Notes under the pieces: model-generated
Database searches by the model: none
What the model saw: the letters and a program-made list of their open reading frames with translations, nothing else
What the model was told of the DNA's origin: nothing
Part shown: positions 25,694-34,308 of the stretch, in pieces
How the letters are laid out: each line of letters begins with the position of its first letter
Numbering within the stretch: position 1 is the first letter of the stretch
Position numbers and translations under genes: made by a program
Assembly: GCA_963751275.1 (NCBI GenBank)
Contig: CAVVTZ010000011.1
Span: 256,001-320,000, forward strand
DNA: 64,000 nucleotides
Direction: 5' to 3'
Origin: an uncultured Gemmatimonadaceae bacterium
Lineage (GTDB): Bacteria > Gemmatimonadota > Gemmatimonadetes > Gemmatimonadales > Gemmatimonadaceae

Positions 25694-27148
25694 GTGATCC
25701 TCCTCACGCGCGCGCTCGCCGGGCTGCCGGCCGCCGAGCGGTACGCGCTCGAACTGCTCACCGATCTCTCGCGTCTCGTGCCGGTGGATGACCCGTCGGC
25801 GGGCGTCGTGCGCCTGGAAGTCACCGGCGACGGCGGCCGCGCGAGCGGCGCGGGCGAGATCGCCGCGCAGACGACGCGTCAGATGTCGTTCGAGGCGGCC
25901 GACGGCGTCGTCCGCATCTCCCGGAGCGAGCTGCGCGCTCTGACGGCGATCGCGACCGCCGAGCGGGAGCGGCGCGCCGTACCGCGCGACAAGCACGGCC
26001 GCGTCCCATCGAGCGAGAATGCGCTGGTGCAGGCGGGCATGGAGCGGGAACCGGTGCTTTCGATGGCCGCAGCGCGCTTCGGCGCCGCCGTGGTCGAGGC
26101 CGCGGGCGAGCGTCCGGTGCGCTTCGCGGCGCCATGGCCGCACGGGCGTCGTTGGGCCGCGGCGCTCACGCACGATCTGGATGTCGTCGCGCTCTGGCCG
26201 CTCTTCGCCTCGCTCCGCATGGCAGAACTCGCGCGCAAGGGCGACGGCGCGCGGCTCGGTGCGGTGATGCGAGCGCTCCCCGCCGCGATGGCCAGCGCGC
26301 CGGTGCGAAAGGGTGTGGATGCGGTGCTCGAAGCGGAGCGAGGGCTCGCCGCCACCTGGTTCATCCTCTGCGGCACGCCCAACGGCTCCACCGTGCGCAA
26401 AGGCGATCTCACGTACCGCCCCGAATCGCGTGCGTCGCGCGACATCATCGAAGCCGTCTCGGCCGCCGGCCACGAAGTCGCGCTCCACGGCAGCTTCGAG
26501 ACGTTCGACCGCGACGGCGCCTTCGCGGAGCAGCGTGTGCGCCTCGCGCGCATCACCGGACGCCCGGTGGCCGGCGTGCGCCAGCATTTCCTGAAGATGC
26601 GACCGGGACGCACCGAGCTCGCGATGCACGCGGCCGGCTTCCGCTACGATTCCACCGTCGGCTTCGCGGACCGCAACGGATTCCGCACGGGCGCGGCGGA
26701 TGTCCTGCCGGTGTGGGAGCCGGCGGTGGAGCGCGCGTCGGGATTCCTCGAGATGCCCTTCTGCTTCATGGATCGCGCGCTCAGCAAGTACCGCGGCGAA
26801 GAGGATCCCGAGGCGTGGACCGCCGACGCGCTCGCGCTCGCGGACACCTGCCGCGATCTGGGCGGACTCTGGATCGGCATCTGGCATCCGAACGTCACGC
26901 TTGCGGCACTCGGCTACCCAGGCGCGATCGAAGCGTACGGCGCGTTGGTGGATGGGATCGTGGCGAATACGCCCTATGTCGCGACGCTGGACACCATCGC
27001 GCGGTGGCGCACCGCGCGGCGCAGTATTCGCGTGCGCACCGTGCGGGCGGATGGCACTGTCGAGCCGTATCTTGTGGCGCCCGGCCTTTGGGACGAACCG
27101 CTCCACGTGGAGGACGCCGCGAGGAACAAGCGCGAAGTGGCGCGCTGA
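25694..27148 (+). CDS. Polysaccharide deacetylase-like protein (NodB/CE4-like fold)
   Basis: Intact; AAALTHDLD, HEVALHGSF, GVRQHFL, RYDSTVGF..RNGFRTG, EMPF..MD, IWHPN. Confidence 0.75.
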   Translation: MILLTRALAGLPAAERYALELLTDLSRLVPVDDPSAGVVRLEVTGDGGRASGAGEIAAQTTRQMSFEAADGVVRISRSELRALTAIATAERERRAVPRDKHGRVPSSENALVQAGMEREPVLSMAAARFGAAVVEAAGERPVRFAAPWPHGRRWAAALTHDLDVVALWPLFASLRMAELARKGDGARLGAVMRALPAAMASAPVRKGVDAVLEAERGLAATWFILCGTPNGSTVRKGDLTYRPESRASRDIIEAVSAAGHEVALHGSFETFDRDGAFAEQRVRLARITGRPVAGVRQHFLKMRPGRTELAMHAAGFRYDSTVGFADRNGFRTGAADVLPVWEPAVERASGFLEMPFCFMDRALSKYRGEEDPEAWTADALALADTCRDLGGLWIGIWHPNVTLAALGYPGAIEAYGALVDGIVANTPYVATLDTIARWRTARRSIRVRTVRADGTVEPYLVAPGLWDEPLHVEDAARNKREVAR

Positions 27149-28317
27149 TGGACGTCCTGTTCCTCACGCACGGCTATCCGCGCACGGCCAGCGATCCGAT
27201 CGGCTCCTTCGTGTTGCGGCTCGCCGTGGCGCTGCGCGATGAGGATGTGCGCGTGAGCGTCGTCGCGCCCTCCGCGGAGGGACTCGCACGCACCGAAGAA
27301 TTCGAAGGGATCCGCGTGACGCGCTTCCGCTACGCGCCGCGCCGCCACGAGACGCTCGCCTACTCCGGCAGCATGCTCGCGCAGGTGCGGGGTTCGCTCG
27401 CGGGAAAGGCATCGATCGCCTCCTTCCTCGGCGCGGACCTCGCGTCCGCCATGAGCGAAGCGCGGCGCACGAGGCCGGCGGTGATCCACGCGCATTGGTG
27501 GTTCCCCGGCGGGCTCGTTGGCGCCGGCGTCGCGGCCGCACGCCATGTGCCGCTCATCACGACGCTCCACGGCTCCGACATTGCGGCGGCCCATTCCTCG
27601 GGGCTCGCCGCGAAGCTCTTCGCCGGCGTGCTCCGGCGTTCGTCCTGCGTGACCACAGTGTCGAAGTGGCTCGCCGATGAGACGAGCGCGGCCGTGCCCG
27701 GTGTGACCCCGATGGTCGCTCCGATGCCCGTCGCGCCCGGCCTCTTCCAGCCCGGCGGCTCGCGCGCGCGCGATCGGCTGCTGTTCGTCGGAAAGCTCAA
27801 CGCGCAGAAGGGGATCGCCCATCTCCTGCGCGCCCTCGCGCGCATGAAAGCGAGACCGGCGCTCGACGTCGTAGTCGGCGTCGGAAGCGACGCCAACGAT
27901 GTGCGCGACCTCGCGAAGAGTCTGGGCGTCGAGGCGCAGCTGCGCTTCCACCCGCTCCTGAGCCAGGCCGATCTTGCAAAGCTGTACCGCGAGTGCACCG
28001 CGCTCGTTGCCCCCTTCACCGGGGAAGGGCTCGGCCTTATCGCGATCGAAGCGGCCCTCACCGGCATGCCCGTCGTCGCCTTCGCTTCCGGCGGCCTCAC
28101 CGACATCGTGATCGACGGCCGCACCGGCCTCCTCGTGCCCACCGGCGACGAGAGCGCGCTCGCCGCCCGTCTGGATGAGCTGCTCGCGATGCCGGATCAG
28201 GGCGCCGCGCTCGGCGCCGCGGGCCGCCTTCGCGCCCTGGACACCTTCGCCCCCGCCGCCGTCGCGCGCCGCTATGCGTCGATCTATCGCGACGCCGCCG
28301 CGGCCAGGAACGCGTAG
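27148..28317 (+). CDS. GT4 (GT-B) glycosyltransferase
   Basis: MDVLFLTHGYP, IHAHWWFP, TTLHGSD, LFVGKL..QKG, EGLGLIAIEAALTGMPVV. Confidence 0.88.
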   Translation: MDVLFLTHGYPRTASDPIGSFVLRLAVALRDEDVRVSVVAPSAEGLARTEEFEGIRVTRFRYAPRRHETLAYSGSMLAQVRGSLAGKASIASFLGADLASAMSEARRTRPAVIHAHWWFPGGLVGAGVAAARHVPLITTLHGSDIAAAHSSGLAAKLFAGVLRRSSCVTTVSKWLADETSAAVPGVTPMVAPMPVAPGLFQPGGSRARDRLLFVGKLNAQKGIAHLLRALARMKARPALDVVVGVGSDANDVRDLAKSLGVEAQLRFHPLLSQADLAKLYRECTALVAPFTGEGLGLIAIEAALTGMPVVAFASGGLTDIVIDGRTGLLVPTGDESALAARLDELLAMPDQGAALGAAGRLRALDTFAPAAVARRYASIYRDAAAARNA

Positions 28318-28399
28318 CCGCGCGACTGGCGCGCCCCGCGCGCCCCGGCCAATTTACAGAGCGTAGGACCGCCCGGAATTCCTTCCGTCACGCCGGAGT

Positions 28400-30789
28400 G
28401 TGATGTCGCGTCAGTCTGCAGCGCCCGCGGTCCCCGCGGCGCCCCGTTTTGCGGCCGCCTGGGCCGCGCTGGTCTACGCGGCATGCGCCCTCGCGCTCGG
28501 CTATCCGGCGCTCGGCGGCAAATTCCTGCTCACTCCGGTGAGCGACCAGTACATCGGCGGCTACGCGGTGCGCGAGTTCGGTGCGCATTTCCTGCGCACC
28601 ACCGGGCATTTCCCGCTCTGGAACCCGTACATCTTCGGCGGCATGCCATACGTCGCCTCGATGAACGGCGACATGTTCTACCCGACGTTCCTGTTGCGGC
28701 TCGTGCTGCCCACCGACGTGGCGATGACGTGGTCGTTCATCATCCACTTCTTCCTCGCCGGATTCTTCACGTATCTGTTCCTGCGCGCGATGCGGTTCAG
28801 CTTTCCCGCGTCGCTGGCGGGCGGCCTCGCATACATGATGGGCGGCCCGATCTCGGCTCATGTGTCGCCCGGGCATGACGGCAAGCTCTACGTGAGCGCG
28901 CTGCTGCCCTTGGTCCTCTTCTTCCTCGTGCGCGGCATCCGCGACGGAAAGCTCTGGAGCTGGGGTGCGCTTGCGATCACGGTGGGGCTCGCGGTGCTGA
29001 CGCCGCATCCGCAGCTGTTGCAGTACATGCTGCTGTGCGGCGGCGCCTTCGCGCTCTATCTCGCCTTCGCCGACAGCGGGGCAGGGAAGCTGCCCCGGAA
29101 GACAGCCATTACGCGCATCGGCTTCGCGGCCGGCGCCGTCGTGCTCGGGTTCATGATCGGTGCCGTGCAGTACCTCCCCGTGATCCAGTACATCCCCTGG
29201 TCGCCGCGCGCCGGCGGACTCACCGGCTACGAACGCGCGGTCAGTTACTCGATGCCGCCGGAGGAGTTGATCAACACGTATCTCCCGCAGTTCTCGGGTA
29301 TCCTGGACAACTACTGGGGGCGGAACAACATCCATCTGCACAGCGAATATCTCGGCGCCGTGGTGCTCCTGCTCGCGGGACTCGGCATCGCATCGGCGGC
29401 TCGAGGCGACAAGCGCCGCTCGTTCACCTGGTTCTGGATCGGTACGTTCATCGTCGCGCTGCTCTGGACGCTGGGCGGATCGACGCCCTTCTACCAGCTC
29501 GTGTACGCGCTCGTGCCTGGCACGAAGTACTTCCGCGCGCCGAGCACGATGATGTTCGTCATGGCGTTCGGCGTGGCCACCTTCGCAGCGCTCGGAGTGG
29601 AACGGGTCCTCGCGGGAAAGGTGACTCAACGCTACGCCGTTGCGTGGACGATCGCGGCCGGCGTGATCGCTGTCCTTGGTATCACCGGCGCACTCACCAA
29701 CATGGCTGGGGCGCTCGCGGTGCAGGGGCACTACGACGCGGCGATGGCGAACGGGCCGCAGATCGCATTTGGATCCCTGCGCTCGTTCGTCGCGATCCTG
29801 CTCGGCGCCGGCGTCTTGTTCGCGCTCACGCGGCACCGGATCGCGGCGCTCACCGCCGCGTACGCGCTCGCGGCGTTGCTCGCCGTGGATCTGTGGAGCG
29901 TCGAGCAGATGTACTGGAACTTCTCCGCGCCCGCATCGGTCATTTACGCGAGCGACGCGATTACGGATTTCCTTGCTACGCAAGACCAACCGGCGCGCGT
30001 CTTCGCCGCTCAGCTTGTGCGAGACGCGACTCGGAACAACGGTATCTTGAACGGCGACGGCTTGATGCCGCATCGCATCCGAAGCGTTGTCGGCTACCAT
30101 GGAAATGAACTTGGCCGGTACGACAATCTGGTCGGTCCCCACGGGGAGCAATTGGGGAATCCGCAGATCTGGCGCTTGACGAACATGAAGTACTTTCTCA
30201 CGAATTCGCCACAATCGGTCTTCCCGGGCTCGAAGCAGGTGCTCGGGCCGGTGACCGATGCGTCCGGTTCGACGCTCTACCTGTTCGAGATGCCGGGCAG
30301 CTATCCGTTCGCCTGGGTCGCGCCGGTGATCGTGAAGGGGCCGGACGACGCCGTGCTCACCACCGTTCGCGATCCGCGCTTCGACATGTCGCGCGCCGCG
30401 CTCTTCGACACGGCGGCGCCGGTGAAGGCCCAGCAGATCTCGAAGCTGCCGGACACCCTCGGGATCGTCGCGCGCGCCACGCATTACGAGCCGGGGCACA
30501 TCACGGTCGCGCTCGACCGGCCCGCGCCCGCCGGCGCCGCGCTGGTCGTCACCGAGAACTACTATCCAGGCTGGTCCGCCACCGTAGACGGCAAGCCCGC
30601 CGCCATCGGTCGCGCCGACTACGTGCTGATCGGCGTCGAGCTGCCCGCCGGCGCGAAGAACGATCCAGCTCGACTTCGCGAGCCCCACCTTCGAGAGAGG
30701 GAAGGCCATCACGCTCACCGTGCTCGCCATCTGCCTCGTGCTCGCTGGCCGGCGGCGTGGTGGCCGAGCGCCGGCAGGCCCATGGCTGA
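28400..30789 (+). CDS. YfhO-family multi-pass membrane protein, putative GT-C glycosyltransferase (one frameshift near 30660)
   Basis: PLWNPYIFGGMPY, FYP, YLG, FRAP, ENYYPGWSATVDGK motifs and >10 TM segments. Confidence 0.8.
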
Positions 30790-31505
30790 GCGCGCCTTGG
30801 TGGTCGTTCCGACCTATAACGAGAAGGAGAACATCCGCCGGCTCATCGCGACGGTGCTCGAGGAGGACCCGCGCCTCGAGATGCTGATCGTGGACGACAG
30901 CTCGCCCGACGGCACCGGCGACATCGTGGATGAGATCGCCGCGCGCGAGCCCCGCGTGCATTGCCTCCATCGCGAGAAGAAGATGGGGCTCGGTACCGCC
31001 TATCGCGCCGGCTTCAAGTGGGCGCTCGAACGCGACTACGAGTTCATCTTCGAGATGGACGCCGACTTCTCGCACGACCCGAACCATCTCCCGCAGTTCC
31101 TCGACGCGATCAAGGACGCCGACCTCGTCCTCGGCTCGCGCTACCGCGGGGGGAAGGTGACCGTCGTCAATTGGCCGATGACGCGGCTCCTCCTGAGCTA
31201 TGGCGCGAACATCTACGCGCGGATCGTGACCGGCATGCAGCTCTGACGATTCGACGGGCGGCTTCAAGTGCTTCCGCCGGCAGGTGCTCGAAGCGATCGA
31301 CCTGGATGACGTGCGGTCGAACGGGTACGCCTTCCAGATCGAGATGAGCTTCCGCGCCACGAGGAAGGGCTTCCGGATCACGGAGATCCCGATCGTCTTC
31401 GTGGACCGCACGGAGGGGACGAGCAAGATGAGCGGCCACATCGTGCGCGAGGCGGTGTTCATGGTGTGGCGGTTGCGCTGGTGGGCACTCATAGGACGGT
31501 TGTGA
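30782..31505 (+). CDS. Polyprenol monophosphomannose synthase-like GT2 (one frameshift near 31243)
   Basis: LVVVPTYNEKENI, VDDSSPDGTG, GLGTAY, EMDADFSHDP, GSRY, SNGYAFQIEM, EIPIVFVDR..GTSKMS. Confidence 0.88.
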
Positions 31506-32323
31506 GCCCGGCGGGGCGGGCCTTCTATAAGATGAGCGGGTCGGGGAACGACTTCGTCATCTTCGACGCGCGCACGGAGCCGGCCGGCCCGCTCGAGCAG
31601 GTCGCTTCGATCCGGACCATTTGCGCGCGGGGCACGGGGGTCGGGGCCGACGGCGTGGTCTTCGTCGAGAAGCCGGCCTCCGCGGATGCCGATCTCCTCA
31701 TGAGGTACTTCAACAGCGATGGCTCGCGGGCCGCAATGTGCGGCAATGCGGCGCTGTGCGTGACTCGGCTGGCGGCCGAGCTGGGGGCGGGACCCGCCGC
31801 CGGAATGCGTCTCCAGACCGATGACGGGGTGCTCACGGCCCGGTTCGTGGGTGGGCTGCCCGAAGTCGACCTTCGGCCGGTTCTCGACGTCCGGCCCGAC
31901 ACGGGGATCCCGTTGGAGGCAGGCGAGCAGCGGATCGGCTTCGCCTTGGCCGGCGTGCCGCACTTGGTGGTGCTGTGCGACGATGCCACCGTAGTGGATG
32001 TCGGGGTCCGGGGGCGGGCGCTCCGCCGGCACCAATCCATGCCGCAGGGTGCCAACGTCAATTTCGCCTCACGGCGGCGTGTTGGCTGGCTGATGCGGAC
32101 ATTCGAGCGCGGCGTGGAGGCCGAGACGCTGGCGTGTGGAACGGGCGCGATCGCGACGGCCGTCCTGCTGACCGCCTGGGGCGAGTCCACGCGCCCTGAG
32201 ACCGAGCTGGAGACCCGTTCAGGGCGGAAGCTGACCGTGACCCTTGACCGGACCGGAGGCGCCTGGAAGCCGACACTGCGGGGCGAGGGGCGGCTGGTCT
32301 TCCAAGGCATGCTAGGCGACTGA
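31502..32323 (+). CDS. dapF: Diaminopimelate epimerase
   Basis: FYKMSGSGNDF, GVGADG, FNSDGS.AAMCGNAALC, GVPH, NVNF, RTFERGVEAETLACGTG. Confidence 0.95.
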   Translation: MSPAGRAFYKMSGSGNDFVIFDARTEPAGPLEQVASIRTICARGTGVGADGVVFVEKPASADADLLMRYFNSDGSRAAMCGNAALCVTRLAAELGAGPAAGMRLQTDDGVLTARFVGGLPEVDLRPVLDVRPDTGIPLEAGEQRIGFALAGVPHLVVLCDDATVVDVGVRGRALRRHQSMPQGANVNFASRRRVGWLMRTFERGVEAETLACGTGAIATAVLLTAWGESTRPETELETRSGRKLTVTLDRTGGAWKPTLRGEGRLVFQGMLGD

Positions 32324-32443
32324 CCGTTACGCGCGCCTCGTGCCGCGTGCCTTGTGGTAAACTCACAACTGTTGGTGGATTCGGAGCTTAAGGCCCGGGA
32401 CAGGGCAGCAAGCTGTTGATATCCACAGTTCTCCACGTGCAGT

Positions 32444-32471
32444 AGTTTACATAATACATCTTATACGCATA
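32444..32471 (-). other. dif: Chromosomal dif site (XerC/XerD recombination site)
   Basis: Minus strand TATGCGTATAA-GATGTA-TTATGTAAACT: 11-6-11 architecture, left arm close to E. coli XerC arm GGTGCGCATAA, right arm matching the XerD-type arm (E. coli TTATGTTAAAT; B. subtilis TTATGTAAACT); at the gene-polarity switch. Confidence 0.88.
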
Positions 32472-32488
32472 ATACACTAACCCAACAC

Positions 32489-32520
32489 AGGAGGGCGCCG
32501 AACCTCAGGCGCCCCGTCCT
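32489..32520. terminator. GC-rich hairpin, possible terminator between convergent genes
   Basis: GGGCGCC-gaacctca-GGCGCCC stem with imperfect AGGA/TCCT extension; no clear U-tract. Confidence 0.3.
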
Positions 32521-32540
32521 ATCTGCGGAAGGCTCTAACG

Positions 32541-32660
32541 ACCGGGAACCGATTGCCGGGAGCCGATATGGCATGACAACGCATAGCATCACGACATCCT
32601 GCCAATTCGTAACACCATGCGTTGTCATGCTTCATCGGTTCCCGGCAATCGGTTCCCGGT
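32541..32660. repeat. Long intergenic inverted repeat made of 7/14-mer units
   Basis: 44-nt arms 32541-32584 and 32617-32660 reverse-complementary with 4 mismatches; units CCGGGAA-CCGATTG-CCGGGAG-CCGATAT; 32-nt loop. Confidence 0.9.
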
Positions 32661-32668
32661 AGTTCAGC

Positions 32669-33325
32669 CTAGGAGACCGGCTTCGCCTCCAACTCCCCCA
32701 ACCGCACCCGCGCCTCCGCCGCCCCCGGACCCGACGGATCCGCCGACAGCTGCACCCAGATCGCCTTCGCATCCGCCGGCTTCCCTGCCGCCATCAGCAC
32801 CCGGGCAGCCGAGGATAGGTAGTAGGCCTTGTCGGACTCGTACTGGGCCTTGGAGGCCGCCTTCTGGTACTGGTCGGCCGCCTCGGTGAACTTCTTCATT
32901 TGTTCGTACCCGTTGCCGGCCAGGTTCAGGGCGCCCGCCGTGAAATACTTGTCGCTGCCCGTCGTGAGCGGCTTGAGCGCGTCGATCCCCTTCTGGTACT
33001 CGCCCTTCTGATAATGTACTTGAGCAAGGAGCGTGATCGCGACCTTGCCCGAGGGCGTGTCCCCGTACCGCGTCACCAGGCGCTCGAGCGAGGACTGGGC
33101 GAGCGGCAGGTTGCCGGCATTGATCGACTGCTCCGCCTCGTCCAGCGCCACCGATGCGTTGCGCATCTGCGCGGCCTGCGACTTCTGATAGAACAGCACG
33201 CCGCCGGCCAGCACGGTGACCGCGACGATCGCCCACATCGTCTCCCTCGAATGCAGTTCGATCCATTCGAACACGTTCTCGGCCCGGTTGCCCGACTTCG
33301 TCTGAAAGCCCTTCGGTGCGGTCAT
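32669..33325 (-). CDS. Membrane-anchored tetratricopeptide-repeat protein (YfgM-like)
   Basis: N-terminal TM helix then TPR-like helices (LAQVHYQKGEYQKGI, EAADQYQKAA); start MTAPKGF at 33325. Confidence 0.75.
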   Translation of the reverse strand: MTAPKGFQTKSGNRAENVFEWIELHSRETMWAIVAVTVLAGGVLFYQKSQAAQMRNASVALDEAEQSINAGNLPLAQSSLERLVTRYGDTPSGKVAITLLAQVHYQKGEYQKGIDALKPLTTGSDKYFTAGALNLAGNGYEQMKKFTEAADQYQKAASKAQYESDKAYYLSSAARVLMAAGKPADAKAIWVQLSADPSGPGAAEARVRLGELEAKPVS

Positions 33326-33368
33326 CTCTGAGATCCCTGGAATGTTGATCGATCGAGCGGTCGGCGCA

Positions 33369-33442
33369 TGCCCCTGGGGTGACTCGAACACCCGGCCAAC
33401 GGTTTAGGAAACCGCTGCTCTATCCACCTGAGCTACAGGGGC
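33369..33442 (-). tRNA. tRNA-Arg (anticodon CCT)
   Basis: GCCCCTGTAGCTCAGGTGGATAGAGCAGCGGTTTCCTAAACCGTTGGCCGGGTGTTCGAGTCACCCCAGGGGCA folds as a cloverleaf; CCA not encoded. Confidence 0.95.
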
Positions 33443-33492
33443 CAAAGCTCCGGGAGGGTAAGATAACCCGGCTCCGCTGGGCGCGCGACGTG

Positions 33493-34020
33493 TTAGTAGT
33501 GGAGCACCGCACTCCGTCGCGCTGGGGCCAACCTGGCTCCGCCGCCCAAGGCGTTGAGCTCGATGAGGAACGAGCACTCCACGACTTCGGCGCCGAGGCG
33601 TTGCACCAGCTCGCACGCCGCGCGCGCGGTGCCGCCCGTGGCCAGCACGTCATCCACGATGAGTACACGGTGCCCCGCGGAGAGCGCGTCACGATGCACC
33701 TCGAGCGCATCCACGCCGTACTCCAATCCATACTCAGCGCGTTCGACGGCCGAGGGCAGCTTTCCCGGCTTTCGCATCGGCACGAATCCCGCGCGCAGCC
33801 GCAGCGCGACCGGCGCGCCCAGGATGAATCCCCGGCTCTCGATGCCCACCACGTGCGAGATGCGCTCGCGCTCGAACGGCGCGGCCATCGCCTCGATCGC
33901 CTGCGCGAAGAGCGCGGGATCGATCAGCAGCCCGGTGATGTCCTTGAAGACGATTCCCGGCTTCGGGAAATCGGGAACATCGCGAATGGCGCCGCGGAGC
34001 GCCGCCAGGTCGAAGGTCAT
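33493..34020 (-). CDS. apt: Adenine phosphoribosyltransferase
   Basis: [51 protein letters not shown]. Confidence 0.96.
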   Translation of the reverse strand: MTFDLAALRGAIRDVPDFPKPGIVFKDITGLLIDPALFAQAIEAMAAPFERERISHVVGIESRGFILGAPVALRLRAGFVPMRKPGKLPSAVERAEYGLEYGVDALEVHRDALSAGHRVLIVDDVLATGGTARAACELVQRLGAEVVECSFLIELNALGGGARLAPARRSAVLHY

Positions 34021-34289
34021 CGCCGCACGTCGAAGTGTTCGGGAAGGTCGTCCAGGCCGGCGGCCGGCAATTCACGCACCTCATCCACACGAGCGCCCGC
34101 CGGGCCGCGCTCCAATCGCGCGATCAACTCCCGGACCGCCGCATCGCTGCCCGAGGCGGCGACCTCGACGGTGCCGTCCTCGCGGTTGCGCACCCAGCCC
34201 GCGACCCCGAGTCGCCGGGCCTCCTTGCACGCGAACCAGCGGTAGCCGACTCCCTGCACCAACCCCCGCACCTCGATCCGCGCGATCAC
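34017..34289 (-). CDS. acyP: Acylphosphatase
   Basis: [31 protein letters not shown]. Confidence 0.9.
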   Translation of the reverse strand: MIARIEVRGLVQGVGYRWFACKEARRLGVAGWVRNREDGTVEVAASGSDAAVRELIARLERGPAGARVDEVRELPAAGLDDLPEHFDVRR

Positions 34290-34308
34290 GTGCCGCGGCG
34301 GCGCGTCG

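Noticed and set aside
28400..31246. Apparent YfhO-GT2 fusion (948 aa); likewise GT2-SurE-Pcm (35326-37413), LpxB-DUF374 (54319-56091), MurJ-UvrC and GpsA-MerR read-throughs
   Set aside because: Each join passes through out-of-frame sequence and each gene has its own start/stop overlap in another frame; frameshift artefacts.
28388..32035. Long antisense or alternative-frame ORFs (e.g. 1215 aa here, 866 aa at 60760-63360, ORFs across the palindromes)
   Set aside because: Shadow ORFs expected in high-GC DNA opposite real genes; Arg/Ala/Pro-rich with no recognisable motifs.
32324..32480. oriC at the AT-rich patch with DnaA-like boxes
   Set aside because: All genes converge on the site, a dif consensus is present and no dnaA/dnaN/parAB is nearby; terminus is the better reading. 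The boxes are kept as a separate finding.
33369..33442. tRNA-Arg as an integration site of a genomic island
   Set aside because: No duplicated tRNA 3' end or adjacent integrase seen; flanking genes are core.
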